Shown one piece after another: positions 30,301 to 47,800 of a stretch of DNA of 64,000 nt. The number at the start of each line of letters is the position of its first letter. Positions within the stretch are counted from its first letter, which is position 1. Below the pieces are notes generated by a model. It searched no databases. It saw only the letters and a list, made by a program, of their open reading frames with translations, and was not told the DNA's origin. A program made the translations under genes and the position numbers. This DNA comes from Eledone cirrhosa (taxonomy: Eukaryota), in NCBI GenBank assembly GCA_964016885.1, contig OZ024744.1, forward strand, positions 28,148,001 to 28,212,000, written 5' to 3'.

Positions 30301-33300
30301 CAGTGACAATAACAGTTATAACAGCGACAACAACAACAGTGACAATAACAGTGATAACAGCGACAACAAAAACAACAGTGAGAATAACATTTATAACAGT
30401 GACAACAACAACAGTGACAATAACAGTGATAACAGCAACAATAACAACAACAATGACAATAACAGTGATAACAGCGAGAACAACAACAACAGTGACATTA
30501 ACAGTTATAACAGCGACAACAACAACAACAGTGACCATAACAGTGATAACAGCGAGAACAACAACATCAACAATGACAATAACAGTGATAACAGCGACAA
30601 CAACAGTGACAATAACAGTGATAACAGCGTCAACAACAACAACAGTGACAATAACAGTGATAACAGCGATAACAACAACAACAACAACAACAACAGTGAC
30701 CATAACAGTTATAACAGCGACAACAACAACAACAGCGACAACAACAACAAAAACAATGACAATAACAGTGATAACAGCGACAACAACAACAACAACAGTG
30801 ACAATAACAGCGATAACAGCGACAACCGCAACAACAACAGTGACAATAACAGTGATAACAGCGACAACAGCAGTGAAAATAACAGTGATAACAGCCAGAA
30901 CAACAACAACGATCACGACGACAGTGATACCAGCGACAACAACAACAACAACAGTGACAATAACAGTGATAACAGCGACAACAACAACAACAACAACAAC
31001 AGTGACAATTACAGTGATAACAGCGAGAACAACAACAACTACAGTGACAATAACAGTGATAACAGCGAGAGCAACAACAACAACAACAGCAGTGACAATA
31101 ACAGTTATAACAGCGACAATAACAACAACAATGACAATAACAGTGATAACAGCGACAACAACAACAACAACATCAATGACAATAACAGTGATAAAAGCGA
31201 CAACAACAACAACAGTGACAATAACAGTGATAACAGCGACAACAACAACAACATTGACAATAACAGTGATAACAGCGACAACAACAACAGTGACAATAAC
31301 AGTGATAACAGCGACAATAACAACAACAATGAAAATAACAGTGATAACAGCGACAATAACAACAACAATGACAATACCAGTGATAACAGCGACACGAACA
31401 ACAACAACAACAACAACAATGACAATAACAGTGATAACAGCGACAAGCGCAACAACAACAGTGACAATAACAGTGATAACAGCGACAACAGCAGTGACAA
31501 TAACAGTGATAACAGCCAGAACAACAACAACAACGATCACGATGACAGTGATAACAGCGACAACAACAACAACAACAACAGTGACAATAACAGTGATAAC
31601 AGCGACAAAAACAACAACAACAGTGACAATAAGCATGATAACAACAACAACAACAACAACGACAACAGTGACAATAACAATTATAACAGCAGCAGCAACA
31701 ACAACAACAGTGACAATAACAGTTATAACAGCGACAACAACAACAGTGACAATAACAGTGATAACAGCGAGAACAACAACAACCACAGTGACATAACAGT
31801 TATAACAGTGACAACAACAACAATGACAATAACAGTGATAACAGCGACAACAACAACAACAATGACAATAACAGTTATAACAGCGACAACAACACCAATA
31901 ACAACAACATTTATAACAGCGACAACAACAACAACAGTGACAATAACAGTGATAACAGAGACAACAACAACAACAATGCCAATAACAGTTATAACAGCGA
32001 CAACAACAACAACAATGCCAATAAAAGTTATAACAGCGACAACAACAACAGAACAATAAAAGTGATAACAGCGACAACAACAACAACAAAACAACAACAG
32101 TGACAATAACAGTGAAAACAACAACAACAGTCAAAAGAACAGTTATGACAGCGACAACAACAACAACAACAGTGACAATAACAGTGATAACAGCGACAGC
32201 AACAACAACAGTGACGATAACAGTGAAAACAGCGACAACAACAACAACAATGACAATAACAGTGATAACAGGGACAACAATTACAGTAACAGTTATAACA
32301 GCGACAACAATGACAATAACAGTGATAACAGCGACAACAACAACAACAGTGACAATAACAGTGATAACAGCGACAACAACAACAGTGACAATAACAGTTA
32401 TAACAGGGACAACAACAACAACAGTGACAATAACAGTTATAACAGCGACAACAACAACAGTGACAATAACAGTTATAACAGCGACAACAACAACAACAGT
32501 GACAATAACAGTGATAACAGCGACAACAAAAACAACAGTGACAATAACATTTATAACAGTGACAACAACAACAACAGTGACAATAACAGTGATAACAGCG
32601 ACAACAACAACAACAGTGACAATAACAGTGATAACAGCGACAATAACAACAACAATGGCAATAACAGTGATAACAGCGAGAACAACAACAACAACAGTGA
32701 CATTAACAGTTATAACAGCGACAACAACAACAACAACAGTGACCATAACAGTGATAACAGCGAGAACAACAACAACAACAATGACAATAACAGTGATAAC
32801 AGCGACAACAACAACAACAACAACAACAATGACAGTTGTAACAGCGACAACAACAACAGTGAGAATAACAGTGATAACAGCGACAACAACAACAAATATG
32901 ACAATAACAGCGATAACAGCGACAACAACAACAACAGTGACAATAACAGTGATAACAGCGATAACAACAACAACAACAACAGTGACCATAACAGTTATAA
33001 CAGCGACAACAACAACAACAGCGACAACAACAACAACAGCGACAACAACAACAAAAACAATGACAATAACAGTGATAACAGCGACAACAACAACAACAGT
33101 GACAATAACAGCGATAACAGCGACAACAACAACAACAATGACAATAACAGTGATAACCGCGACAACCGCAACAACAACAGTGACAATAACAGTGATAACA
33201 GCGACATCAACAACAACAACAGTGACAATAACAGTTATGACAGCGACAATAACAACAACAATGACAATAACAGTGATAACAGCGACAACAACAACAACAA

Positions 33301-35486
33301 CATCAATGACAATAACAGTGATAAAAGCGAAAAACAACAACAACAGTGACAATAACAGTGATAACAGCGACAACAACAACAACATTGACAATAACAGTGA
33401 TAACAGCGACAACAACAACAACATTGTCAATAATAGTGATAACAGCGACAAGAACAACAACAATGACAATACCAGTGATAACAGCGACACGAACAACAAC
33501 AACAATGAAAATAACAGTGATAACAGCGAGAGCAACAACAACAACAGTGACATTAACAGTTAGAACATCTACAACAACAACAACAACAGTGACCATAACA
33601 GTGATAACAGCGAGAACAACAACAACAACATTGACAATAAAAGTGATAACAGCGACAACAACAACAACAACAATGGCAGTTGTAACAGCGACAACAACAA
33701 CAACAGTGACAATAACAGTTATAACAGCGACAACAACAGTGACAATAACAGTTATAACAGCGACAACAACAACAGTGACAATAACAGTGATAACAGCGAC
33801 AACAACAACAACAACAATGACAATAACACCGATAACAGCGACAACAACAACAACAACAACAGTCACAATAACACTGATAACAGCGATAACAACAACAACA
33901 ACAATAAACAGCGACAACAACAACAAAAACAATTACAATAACAGTGATAACAGTGACAACAACAACAACAACAGTGACAATAACAGCGATAACAGCGACA
34001 GCAACAACAACAATGACAACAACAGTGATAACAGCGACAACCGCAACAACAACAGTGACAATAACAGTGATAACAGCGACAACAGCAGTGACAATAGCAG
34101 TGATAACAGCCAGAACAACAACAACGATCACGATGACAGTGATAACAGCGACAACAACAACAACAACAACAGTGACAATAACAGTGATAACAGCGACAAC
34201 AACAACAACAATGACAATAACAGTGATAACAGCGACAACCGCAACAACAACAGTGACATTACAGTTATAACAGCGACAACAACAGTGACAATAACAGTGA
34301 TAACAGCGACAACAACAACAACAGTGACGATAACAGTGAAAACAGCGACAACAACAACAATGACAATAACAGTGATAACAGGGACAACAATGACAGTAAC
34401 AGTTATAACAGCGACAACAATGACAATAACAGTGATAACAGCGATAACAACAACAACAACAGTGACAATAACAGTGATAACAGCGACAACAACAACAGTG
34501 ACAATAACAGTGATAACAGCGACAACAAAAACAACAGTGACAATAACATTTATAACAGTGACAACAACAACAACAGTGACAATAACAGTGATAACATCGA
34601 CAACAACAACAACAGTGACAATAACAGTGATAACAGCGACAATAACAACAACAATGGCAATAACAGTGATAACAGCGAGAACAACAACAACAACAGTGAC
34701 ATTAACAGTTATAACAGCGACAACAACAACAACAGTGACCATAACAGTGATAACAGCGAGAACAACAACAACAACAATGACAATAACAGTTATAACAGCG
34801 ACAACAACAACAACAACAATGACAGTTGTAACAGCGACAACAACAACAGTGACAATAACAGTTATAACAGCGACAACAACAGTGACAATAACAGTTATAA
34901 CAGCGACAACAACAACAGTGACAATAACAGTGATAACAGCGACAACAACAACAACAACAATGACAATAACAGCGATAACAGCGACAACAACAACAACAAC
35001 ATTCACAATAACAGTGATAACAGTGATAACAACAACAACAACAACAGTGACCATAACAGTGAAAACAGCGACAACAACAACAACAATGACAATAACAGTG
35101 ATAACAGCGACAACAATAATAACAACTGTGATAATAACATTTATAACAGTGACAACAACAACAGTGACAATAACAGTGATAACAGCGACAACAACAACAG
35201 TGACGATAACAGTGAAAACAGCGACGACAACAACAACAACATTGACAATAACAGTGATAACGGACAACAATGACAGTAACAGTTATAACAGCGACAACAA
35301 TGACAATAACAGTGATAGCAGCGACAACAACAACAACAGTGACAATAACAGTGATAACAGCGACAACAACAACAACAACAGTGACAATAACAGTTATAAC
35401 AGGGACAACAGCAACAACAGTGACAATAAAAGTGATAACAGCGACAACAAAAACAACAGTGACAATAACATTTATAACAGTGACAA
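27327..35486 (+). repeat. 8,157-bp tandem duplication, copy 2 (8,160 bp, one extra AAC)
   Basis: Matches copy 1. The only difference I noticed is one extra AAC near 35230 relative to 27071 (380 vs 379 aa ORFs). Homology ends near 35527 (gacaacaaca vs gacaacacca at 27361). Confidence 0.93.
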
Positions 35487-38400
35487 CAACAACAACAGTG
35501 ACAATAACAGTGATAACAGCGACAACAACAACAACAGTGACAATAACAGTGATAACAGCGACAATAACAACAACAATGGCAATAACAGTGATAACAGCGA
35601 GAACAACAACAACAACAGTGACATTAACAGTTATAACAGCGACAACAACAACAACAACAGTGACCATAACAGTTATAACAGCGACAACAACAGTGACAAT
35701 AACAGTGATAACAGCGAAAACAACAACAACAACAATGACAATAACAGTGATAACAGCGACAACAACAACGACAGTGTCAATAACAGTGATAACAGCTACA
35801 ACAACAACAACAACAACAACAACAGTGACAATAACAATTATAACAGCAGCAACAACAACAACAACAGTGACAATAACAGTTATAACAGCGACAACAACAA
35901 CAACAGTGACAATACCAGTGATAACATCGAGAACAACAACAACCACAGTGACAATAACAGTTATAACCGTGACAACAACAACAATGACAATAACAGTGAT
36001 AACAGCGACAACAACAACAATGACAATAACAGTTATAACAGCGACAACAACACCAATAACAACAAGAGTTATAACAGCGACAACGACAACAACAACAGTC
36101 ACAATAACAGTGATAACCGAGACAACAACAACAACAATGCCAATAACAGTTATAACAGCGTCAACAACAACAGAACAATAAAAGTGATAACAGCGACAAC
36201 AACAACAACAGTGACAACAACAGTTATAACAGCGACAACAACAAAAACAACAATGACAATAACAGTTATAACAGCGACAACAACAACAAGGACAATAATA
36301 GTTATAACAGCGAGAACAACAACAGTAACTAATAACAGTTATAGCACCGACAGCAACAACAACAACAGTGACAATAACAGTTATAACAGCGACAACAACA
36401 GTGACAATAACAGTTATAACAGCGACAACAGCAGTGACAATAACAGTGATAACAGCCAGAACAACAACAACAACGATCACGATGACAGTGATAACAGCGA
36501 CAACAACAACAACAACAGTGAGAATAACAGTTATAACAGCGACAACAACAACAGTCAAAAGAACAGTTATGACAGCGACAACAACAACAAGAACAGTGAC
36601 AATAACATTTATAACAGTGACAACAACAACAGTGACAATAACAGTGACAACAGCGACAACAGCAACAACAGTGACGATAACAGTGAAAACAGCGACAACA
36701 ACAACAACAATGACAATAACAGTGATAACAGCGACAACAATGACAGTAACAGTTATAACAGCGACAACAATGACAATAACAGTGATAACAGCGACAACAA
36801 CAACAACGGTGACAATAACAGTGATAACAGCGACAACAACAACAGTGACAATAACAGTTATAACAGGGACAACAACAACAACAGTGACAATAACAGTTAT
36901 AACAGCGACAACAACAACAGTGACAATAACAGTTATAACAGCGACAACAACAACAACATTGACAATAACAGTGATAACAGCGACAACAACAACAACATTG
37001 ACAATAACAGTGATAACAGCGACAATAACAACAACAATGACAATACCAGTGATAACAGCGACAGGAACAACAACAATAATGACAATAACAGTGATAACAG
37101 CGAGAACAACAACAACAACAGTGACATTAACAGTTATAACAGCAACAACAGCAACAACAGTGACCATAAGAGTGATAACAGCGAGAACAACAACAGCAAT
37201 GACAATAACAGTTATAACAGCGACAACAACAACAACAACAACAACAATGACAGTTGTAACAGCGATAACAACAACAGTGACAATAACAGTTATAACAGCG
37301 ACAACAACAGTGACAATAACAGTTATAACAGCGACAACAACAACAGTGACAATAACAGTGATAACAGCGACAACAACAACAACAATGACAATAACAGCGA
37401 TAACAGCGACAACAACAACAACAGTCACAACAACAGTGATAACAGCGATAACAACAACAACAACAACAGTGACCATAACAGTTATAACAGCGACAACAAC
37501 AACAACAGCGACAACAACAACAAAAACAATTACAATAACAGTGATAACAGTGACAACAACAACAACAACAACAGTGACAATTAGAGCGAAAACAGCGACA
37601 ACAACAACAACAATGACAACAACAGTGATAACAGCGACAACCGCAACAACAACAGTGACAATAACAGTGATAATAGCGACAACAGCAGTGACAATAACAG
37701 TGATAACAGCCAGAACAACAACAACGATCACGATGACAGTGATAACAGCGACAACAACAACAACAACAGTGACAATAACAGTGATAACAGCGAGAACAAC
37801 AACAACAACAACAGCAGTGACAATAACAGTTATAACAGCGACAACAACAACAACAACAACAACAGTGACAATAACAGTGATAACAGCGAGAACAACAACA
37901 ACAACAGCAGTGACAATAACAGCGACAACACCAACAACAACATCAATGACAATAACAGTGATAAAAGCGACAACAACAACAACAGTGACAATAACAGTGA
38001 TAACAGCGACAACAACAACAACATTGACAATAACAGTGATAACAGCGACAACAAGAACAACAGTGACATTAACAATTATAACAGCGACAATAACAACAAC
38101 AGTGACACTAAAAGTTATAACACCGACAACAATAACTGACAATAACAGTGACAACAGCGACAACAATAACAACAACAATGACAATAATAGTTATAGCAGC
38201 GACAACAACAACAACAACAACAACAGTAACTAATAACAGTTATATCACCGACAGCAACAACAACAGCAGTGACAATAACAGTTATAACAGCGACAATAAC
38301 AACAACAATGACAATAACAGTGATAACAGCGACAACACCAACAACAACATCACTGACAATAACAGTGATAAAAGCGACAACAACACCAACAGTGACAATA

Positions 38401-40333
38401 ACAGTGATAACAGCGACAACAACAACATTGACAATAACAGTGATAACAGCGACAACACGAACAACAGTGACATTAACAGTTATAACAGCGACAATAACAA
38501 CAACAGTGACACTAAAAGTTATAACAGCGACAACAACTGACAATAACAGTGACAACAGCGACAACAACAACAACAACAATGGCAACAACAGTTATAGCAG
38601 CGACAACAACAACAACAACAACAGTAACTAATAACAGTTATATCACCGACAGCAACAACAACAACAGTGACAATAACAGTTATAACAGCGACAACAACAG
38701 TGACAATAACAGTTACAACAGCGACAACAGCAGTGACAATAACAGTGATAACAGCCAGAACAACAACAACGATCACGATGACAGTGATAACAGCGACAAC
38801 AACAACAACAACAGTGAGAATAACAGTTATAACAGCGACAACAACAACAGTCAAAAGAACAGTTATGACAGCGACAACAACAACAGTGACAATAACATTT
38901 ATAACAGTGCCAACAACAACAGTGACAATAACAGTGATAACAGCGACAACAACAACAACAGTGACGATAACAGTGAAAACAGCGACAGCAACAACAACAA
39001 TGACAATAACAGTGATAACAGCGACAACAATAACAACAACAGTGACAATAACATTTATAACAGTGACAACAACAACAGTGACAATAACAGTGATAACAGC
39101 GACAACAACAACAGTGACGATAACAGTGAAAACAGCGACGACAACAACAACAACAATGACAATAACAGTGATAACAGGGACAACAATGACAGTAACAGTT
39201 ATAACAGCGACAACAATGACAATAACATTGATAACAGCGACAACACCAACAACAACATCAATGACAATAACAGTGATAAAAGCGACAACAACAACAATAG
39301 TGACAATAACAGTGATAACAGCGACAACAACAACATTGACAATAACAGTGATAACAGCGACAACAAGAACAAGAGTGACATTAACAGTTATAACAGCGAC
39401 AATAACAACAAGAGTGACACTAACAGTTATAACAGCGACAACAACAACTGAAAATAACAGTGACAACAGCGACAACAACAACAACAACAATGACAATAAT
39501 AGTTATAGCAGCGACCACAACAACAACAGTGACAATAACAGTGATAACTGCGAGAACAACAACAACAACAGTGACAATAACAGTGATAACAGCGACAACA
39601 ACAACAGTGACAATAACCATGATAACAACGACAACAACAACAACAACAGCGACAATAACACTGATGACAACGACAACAACAACAAAGACAACAGTGACAA
39701 TAACAGTGATAACAACAACAACAACGACAACAACAACAGTGACAATAACAGCGACAACAACACCAATAGCAATAACAGTTATAAAAGCGACAACAACAAC
39801 AACAGTGACAATAACAGTGATAACAGCGACAACAACAACAGAACAATAAAAGTGATAACAGCGACAACAACAACAACAAAACAACAACAGTGACAATAAC
39901 AGTGACAACAACAACAACAACAGTGACAACAACAGTTATAACAGCGACAACAACAACAAGGACAATAATAGTTATAACGCGAGAACAACAACAACAGTAA
40001 CTAATAACAGTTATATCACCGACAGCAACAACAACAACAGTGACAATAACAGTTATAACAGCGACAACAACAGTGACAATAACAGTTATAACAGCGACAA
40101 CAGCAGTGACAATAACAGTGATAACAGCCAGAACAACAACAACAACGATCTCGATGACAGTGATAACAGCGAGAACAACAACAACAACAGTGAGAATAAC
40201 AGTTATAACAGCGACAACAACAACAGTCAAAAGAACAGTTATGACAGCGACAACAACAACAACAATGACAATAACAGTGATTACAGCAACAACAACAACA
40301 ACAACAACAGTGACAATAACATTTATAACAGTG

Positions 40334-43300
40334 ACAACAACAACAGTGACAATAACAGTGATAACAGCGACAACAACAACAACAGTGACGATAACAGTGA
40401 AAACAGCGGCAACAACAACAACAATGACAATAACAGTGATAACAGGGACAACAATGACTGTAACAGTTATAACAGCGACAACAAAAACAACAACAATGAC
40501 AATAACAGTGATAACAGCGACAACAACAACAACAACAACAACAGTGACAATAACAGTGATAACAGCGACAACTACAACAACAGTGACAATAACAGTTATA
40601 ACAGGGACAGCAACAACAACAGTGACAATAACAGTTATAACAGCGACAACAACAACAGTGACAATAACAGTGATAACAGCGACAACAAAAACAACAGTGA
40701 GAATAACATTTATAACAGTGACAACAACAACAGTGACAATAACAGTGATAACAGCGACAACAACAACAAAAGTGACAATAACAGTGATAACAGCGACAAT
40801 AACAACAACAATGACAATAACAGTGATAACAGCGAGAACAACAACAACAGTGACATTAGCAGTTATAACAGCGACAACAACAACAACAGTGACCATAACA
40901 GTGATAACAGCGAGAACAACAACATCAACAATGACAATAACAGTGATAACAGCGACAACAACAACAACAATGACAGTTGTAACAGCGACAACAACAACAA
41001 CAACAACAGTGACAATAACAGTTATAACAGCGACAACAACAGTGACAATATCAGTGATAACAGGGACAACAACAACAATAATGACAATAACAGCGATAAC
41101 AGCGTCAACAACAACAACAACAGTGACAATAACAGTGATAACAGCGATAACAACAACAACAACAACAACAACAGTGACCATAACAGTTATAACAGCGACA
41201 ACAACAACAACAGCGACAACAACGACAAAAACAATGACAATAACAGTGATAACAGCGACAACAACAACAACAACAGTGACAATAACAGCGATAACAGCGA
41301 CAACCGCAACAACAACAGTGACAATAACAGTGATAACAGCGACAACAGCAGTGAAAATAACAGTGATAACAGCCAGAAAAACAACAACGATCACGACGAC
41401 AGTGATAACAGCGACAACAACAACAACAACAGTGACAATAACAGTGATAACAGCGACAACAACAACAACAACAACAGTGACAATTACAGTGATAACAGCG
41501 AGAACAACAACAACAACAGTGACAATAACAGTGATAACAGCGAGAGCAACAACAACAACAACAAAAACAGTGACAATAACAGTTATAACAGCGACAATAA
41601 CAACAACAATGACAATAACAGTGATAACAGCGACAACAACAACAACAACAACAATGACAATAACAGTGATAAAAGCGACAACAACAACAACAGTGACAAT
41701 AACAGTGATAACAGCGACAACAACAACAACATTGACAATAACAGTGATAACAGCGACAACAACAACAACAACAACAGTGACAATAACAGTGATAACAGCG
41801 ACAATAACAACAACAATGACAATACCAGTGATAACAGCGACACGAACAACAACAACAATGACAATAACAGTGATAACAGCGACAACCGCAACAACAACAG
41901 TGACAATAACAGTGATAACAGCGACAACAGCAGTGAAAATAACAGTGATAACAGCCAGAACAACAACAACAACAGTGACAATAACAGTGATAACAGCGAC
42001 AAAAACAACAACAACAGTGACAATAAGCATGATAACAACGACAACAACAACAACAACAGTGACAATAACAATTATAACAGCAGCAACAACAACAACAGTG
42101 ACAATAACAGTTATAACAGCGACAACAACAACAACAGTGACAATAACAGTGATAACAGCGAGAACAACAACAACCACCGTGACAATAACAGTTATAACAG
42201 TGACAACAACAATGACAATAACAGTGATAATATCGACAACAACAACAACAATGACAATAACAGTTATAACAGCGACAACAACACCAATAACAACAACAGT
42301 TATAACAGCGACAACAACAACAACAGTGACAATAACAGTGATAACAGAGACAACAACAACAACAAAACAACAACAGTGACAATAACAGTGACAACAACAA
42401 CAACAGTGACAACAACAGTTATAACAGCGACAACAACAAAAACAACAATGACAATAACAGTTATAACAGCGACAACAACAACAAGGACAATAATAGTTAT
42501 AACAGCGAGAACAACAACAATAGTAACTAATAACAGTTATATCACCGACAGCAACAACAACAACAATGACAATAACAGTTATAACAGCGACAACAGCAGT
42601 GACAATAACAGTGATAACAGCCAGAACAACAACAACAACGATCACGATGAGAGTGATAACAGCGACAACAACAACAACAACAGTGAGAATAACAGTTATA
42701 ACAGCGACAACAACAACAGTCAAAAGAACAGTTATGACAGCGACAACAACAATAACAGTGACAATAACATTTATAAAAGTGACAACAACAACAGTGACAA
42801 TAACAGTGATAACAGCGACAACAACAACAACAGTGACGATAACAGTGAAAACAGCGACAACAACAACAGTGACAATAACAGTGATAACAGCGACAACAAC
42901 AACAACAACAGTGACAATAACAGTGATAACAGCGACAACAACAACAGTGACAATAACAGTTATAACAGGGACAACAACAGTGACAATAACAGTTATAACC
43001 GCGACAATAACAACAGTGACAATAACAGTTATAACAGCGACAACAACAACAACAGTGACAATAACAGTGATAACAGCGACAACAAAAACAACAGTGACAA
43101 TAACATTTATAACAGTGACAACAACAACAACAGTGACAATAACAGTGATAACAGCGACAACAACAACAACAGTGACAATAACAGTGATAACAGCGACAAT
43201 AACAACAACAATGGCAATAACAGTGATAACAGCGAGAACAACAACAACAACAGTGACATTAACAGTTATAACAGCGACAACAACAACAACAACAGTGACC

Positions 43301-44893
43301 ATAACAGTGATAACAGCGAGAACAACAACAACAACAATGACAATAACAGTGATAACAGCGACAACAACAACAACAACAATGACAGTTGTAACAGCGACAA
43401 CAACAACAGTGACAATAACAGTGATAACAGCGACAACAACAACAACAACAATGACAATAACAGCGATAACAGCGACAACAACAACAACAGTGACAATAAC
43501 AGTGATAACAGCGATAACAACAACAACAACAACGGTGACAATAACAGTTATAACAGCGACAACAACAACAGCGACAACAACAACAACAATGACAATAACA
43601 GTGATAACAGCGACAACAACAACAACAGTGACAATAACAGCGATAACAGCGACAACAACAACAACAATGACAATAACAGTGATAACAGCGACAACCGCAA
43701 CAACAACAGTGACAATAACAGTGATAACAGCGACAACAGCAGTGAAAATAACAGTGATAACAGCCAGAACAACAACAACGATCACGATGACAGTGATAAC
43801 AGCGACAACAACAACAACAGTGACAATAACAGTGATAACAGCGACAACAACAACAACAGTGACAATTACAGTGATAACAGCGAGAACAACAACAACAACA
43901 GTGACAATAACAGTGATAACAGCGAGAACAACAACAACAACAGTGACAATAACAGTTATAACAGCGACAATAACAACAACAATGACAATAACAGTGATAA
44001 CAGCGACAACAACAACAACATCAATGACAATAACAGTGATAAAAGCGACAACAACAACAACAGTGACAATAACAGTGATAACAGCGACAACAACAACAAC
44101 ATTGACAATAACAGTGATAACAGCGACATAAACAACAACATTGACAATAACAGTGATAACAGCGACAATAACAACAACAATGACAATACCAGTGATAACA
44201 GCGACAGGAACAACAACAATAATGACAATAACAGTGATAACAGCGAGAACAACAACAACAACAGTGACATTAACAGTTATAACAGCGACAACAGCAACAA
44301 CAGTGACCATAACAGTGATAACAGCGAGAACAACAACAACAACAATGACAATAACAGTTATAACAGCGACAACAACAACAACAACAATGACAGTTGTAAC
44401 AGCGACAACAACAACAACAGTTACAATAACAGTTATAACAGCGACATCAACAGTGACAATAACAGTTATAACAGCGACAACAACAACAGTGACAATAACA
44501 GTGATGACAGCGACAACAACAACAACAACAATGACAATAACAGCGATAACAGCGACAACAACAACAACAACAACAGTGATAACAGCGATAACAACAACAA
44601 CAACAACAGTGACTATAACAGTTATAACAGCGACAACAACAACAACAGCGACAACAACAAAAAAAACAATTACAATAACAGTGATAACAGTGACAACAAC
44701 AACAACAACAGTGACAATTAGAGCGATAACAGCGACAACAACAACAACAATGACAACAACAGTGATAACAGCGACAACCGCAACAACAACAGTGACAATA
44801 ACAGTGATAATAGCGACAACAGCAGTGACAATAACAGTGATAACAGCCAGAACAACAACAACGATCACGATGACAGTGATAACAGCGACAACA
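40334..44893 (+). repeat. 4,560-bp tandem duplication, copy 1
   Basis: Sequence lines from 40381 are repeated from 44941. Identical ORFs recur at offset +4560 (41105/45665, 42376/46936, 42566/47126, 43956/48516). Confidence 0.95.
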
Positions 44894-47800
44894 ACAACAA
44901 CAACAGTGACAATAACAGTGATAACAGCGACAACAACAACAACAGTGACGATAACAGTGAAAACAGCGGCAACAACAACAACAATGACAATAACAGTGAT
45001 AACAGGGACAACAATGACTGTAACAGTTATAACAGCGACAACAAAAACAACAACAATGACAATAACAGTGATAACAGCGACAACAACAACAACAACAACA
45101 ACAGTGACAATAACAGTGATAACAGCGACAACTACAACAACAGTGACAATAACAGTTATAACAGGGACAGCAACAACAACAGTGACAATAACAGTTATAA
45201 CAGCGACAACAACAACAGTGACAATAACAGTGATAACAGCGACAACAAAAACAACAGTGAGAATAACATTTATAACAGTGACAACAACAACAGTGACAAT
45301 AACAGTGATAACAGCGACAACAACAACAAAAGTGACAATAACAGTGATAACAGCGACAATAACAACAACAATGACAATAACAGTGATAACAGCGAGAACA
45401 ACAACAACAGTGACATTAGCAGTTATAACAGCGACAACAACAACAACAGTGACCATAACAGTGATAACAGCGAGAACAACAACATCAACAATGACAATAA
45501 CAGTGATAACAGCGACAACAACAACAACAATGACAGTTGTAACAGCGACAACAACAACAACAACAACAGTGACAATAACAGTTATAACAGCGACAACAAC
45601 AGTGACAATATCAGTGATAACAGGGACAACAACAACAATAATGACAATAACAGCGATAACAGCGTCAACAACAACAACAACAGTGACAATAACAGTGATA
45701 ACAGCGATAACAACAACAACAACAACAACAACAGTGACCATAACAGTTATAACAGCGACAACAACAACAACAGCGACAACAACGACAAAAACAATGACAA
45801 TAACAGTGATAACAGCGACAACAACAACAACAACAGTGACAATAACAGCGATAACAGCGACAACCGCAACAACAACAGTGACAATAACAGTGATAACAGC
45901 GACAACAGCAGTGAAAATAACAGTGATAACAGCCAGAAAAACAACAACGATCACGACGACAGTGATAACAGCGACAACAACAACAACAACAGTGACAATA
46001 ACAGTGATAACAGCGACAACAACAACAACAACAACAGTGACAATTACAGTGATAACAGCGAGAACAACAACAACAACAGTGACAATAACAGTGATAACAG
46101 CGAGAGCAACAACAACAACAACAAAAACAGTGACAATAACAGTTATAACAGCGACAATAACAACAACAATGACAATAACAGTGATAACAGCGACAACAAC
46201 AACAACAACAACAATGACAATAACAGTGATAAAAGCGACAACAACAACAACAGTGACAATAACAGTGATAACAGCGACAACAACAACAACATTGACAATA
46301 ACAGTGATAACAGCGACAACAACAACAACAACAACAGTGACAATAACAGTGATAACAGCGACAATAACAACAACAATGACAATACCAGTGATAACAGCGA
46401 CACGAACAACAACAACAATGACAATAACAGTGATAACAGCGACAACCGCAACAACAACAGTGACAATAACAGTGATAACAGCGACAACAGCAGTGAAAAT
46501 AACAGTGATAACAGCCAGAACAACAACAACAACAGTGACAATAACAGTGATAACAGCGACAAAAACAACAACAACAGTGACAATAAGCATGATAACAACG
46601 ACAACAACAACAACAACAGTGACAATAACAATTATAACAGCAGCAACAACAACAACAGTGACAATAACAGTTATAACAGCGACAACAACAACAACAGTGA
46701 CAATAACAGTGATAACAGCGAGAACAACAACAACCACCGTGACAATAACAGTTATAACAGTGACAACAACAATGACAATAACAGTGATAATATCGACAAC
46801 AACAACAACAATGACAATAACAGTTATAACAGCGACAACAACACCAATAACAACAACAGTTATAACAGCGACAACAACAACAACAGTGACAATAACAGTG
46901 ATAACAGAGACAACAACAACAACAAAACAACAACAGTGACAATAACAGTGACAACAACAACAACAGTGACAACAACAGTTATAACAGCGACAACAACAAA
47001 AACAACAATGACAATAACAGTTATAACAGCGACAACAACAACAAGGACAATAATAGTTATAACAGCGAGAACAACAACAATAGTAACTAATAACAGTTAT
47101 ATCACCGACAGCAACAACAACAACAATGACAATAACAGTTATAACAGCGACAACAGCAGTGACAATAACAGTGATAACAGCCAGAACAACAACAACAACG
47201 ATCACGATGAGAGTGATAACAGCGACAACAACAACAACAACAGTGAGAATAACAGTTATAACAGCGACAACAACAACAGTCAAAAGAACAGTTATGACAG
47301 CGACAACAACAATAACAGTGACAATAACATTTATAAAAGTGACAACAACAACAGTGACAATAACAGTGATAACAGCGACAACAACAACAACAGTGACGAT
47401 AACAGTGAAAACAGCGACAACAACAACAGTGACAATAACAGTGATAACAGCGACAACAACAACAACAACAGTGACAATAACAGTGATAACAGCGACAACA
47501 ACAACAGTGACAATAACAGTTATAACAGGGACAACAACAGTGACAATAACAGTTATAACCGCGACAATAACAACAGTGACAATAACAGTTATAACAGCGA
47601 CAACAACAACAACAGTGACAATAACAGTGATAACAGCGACAACAAAAACAACAGTGACAATAACATTTATAACAGTGACAACAACAACAACAGTGACAAT
47701 AACAGTGATAACAGCGACAACAACAACAACAGTGACAATAACAGTGATAACAGCGACAATAACAACAACAATGGCAATAACAGTGATAACAGCGAGAACA

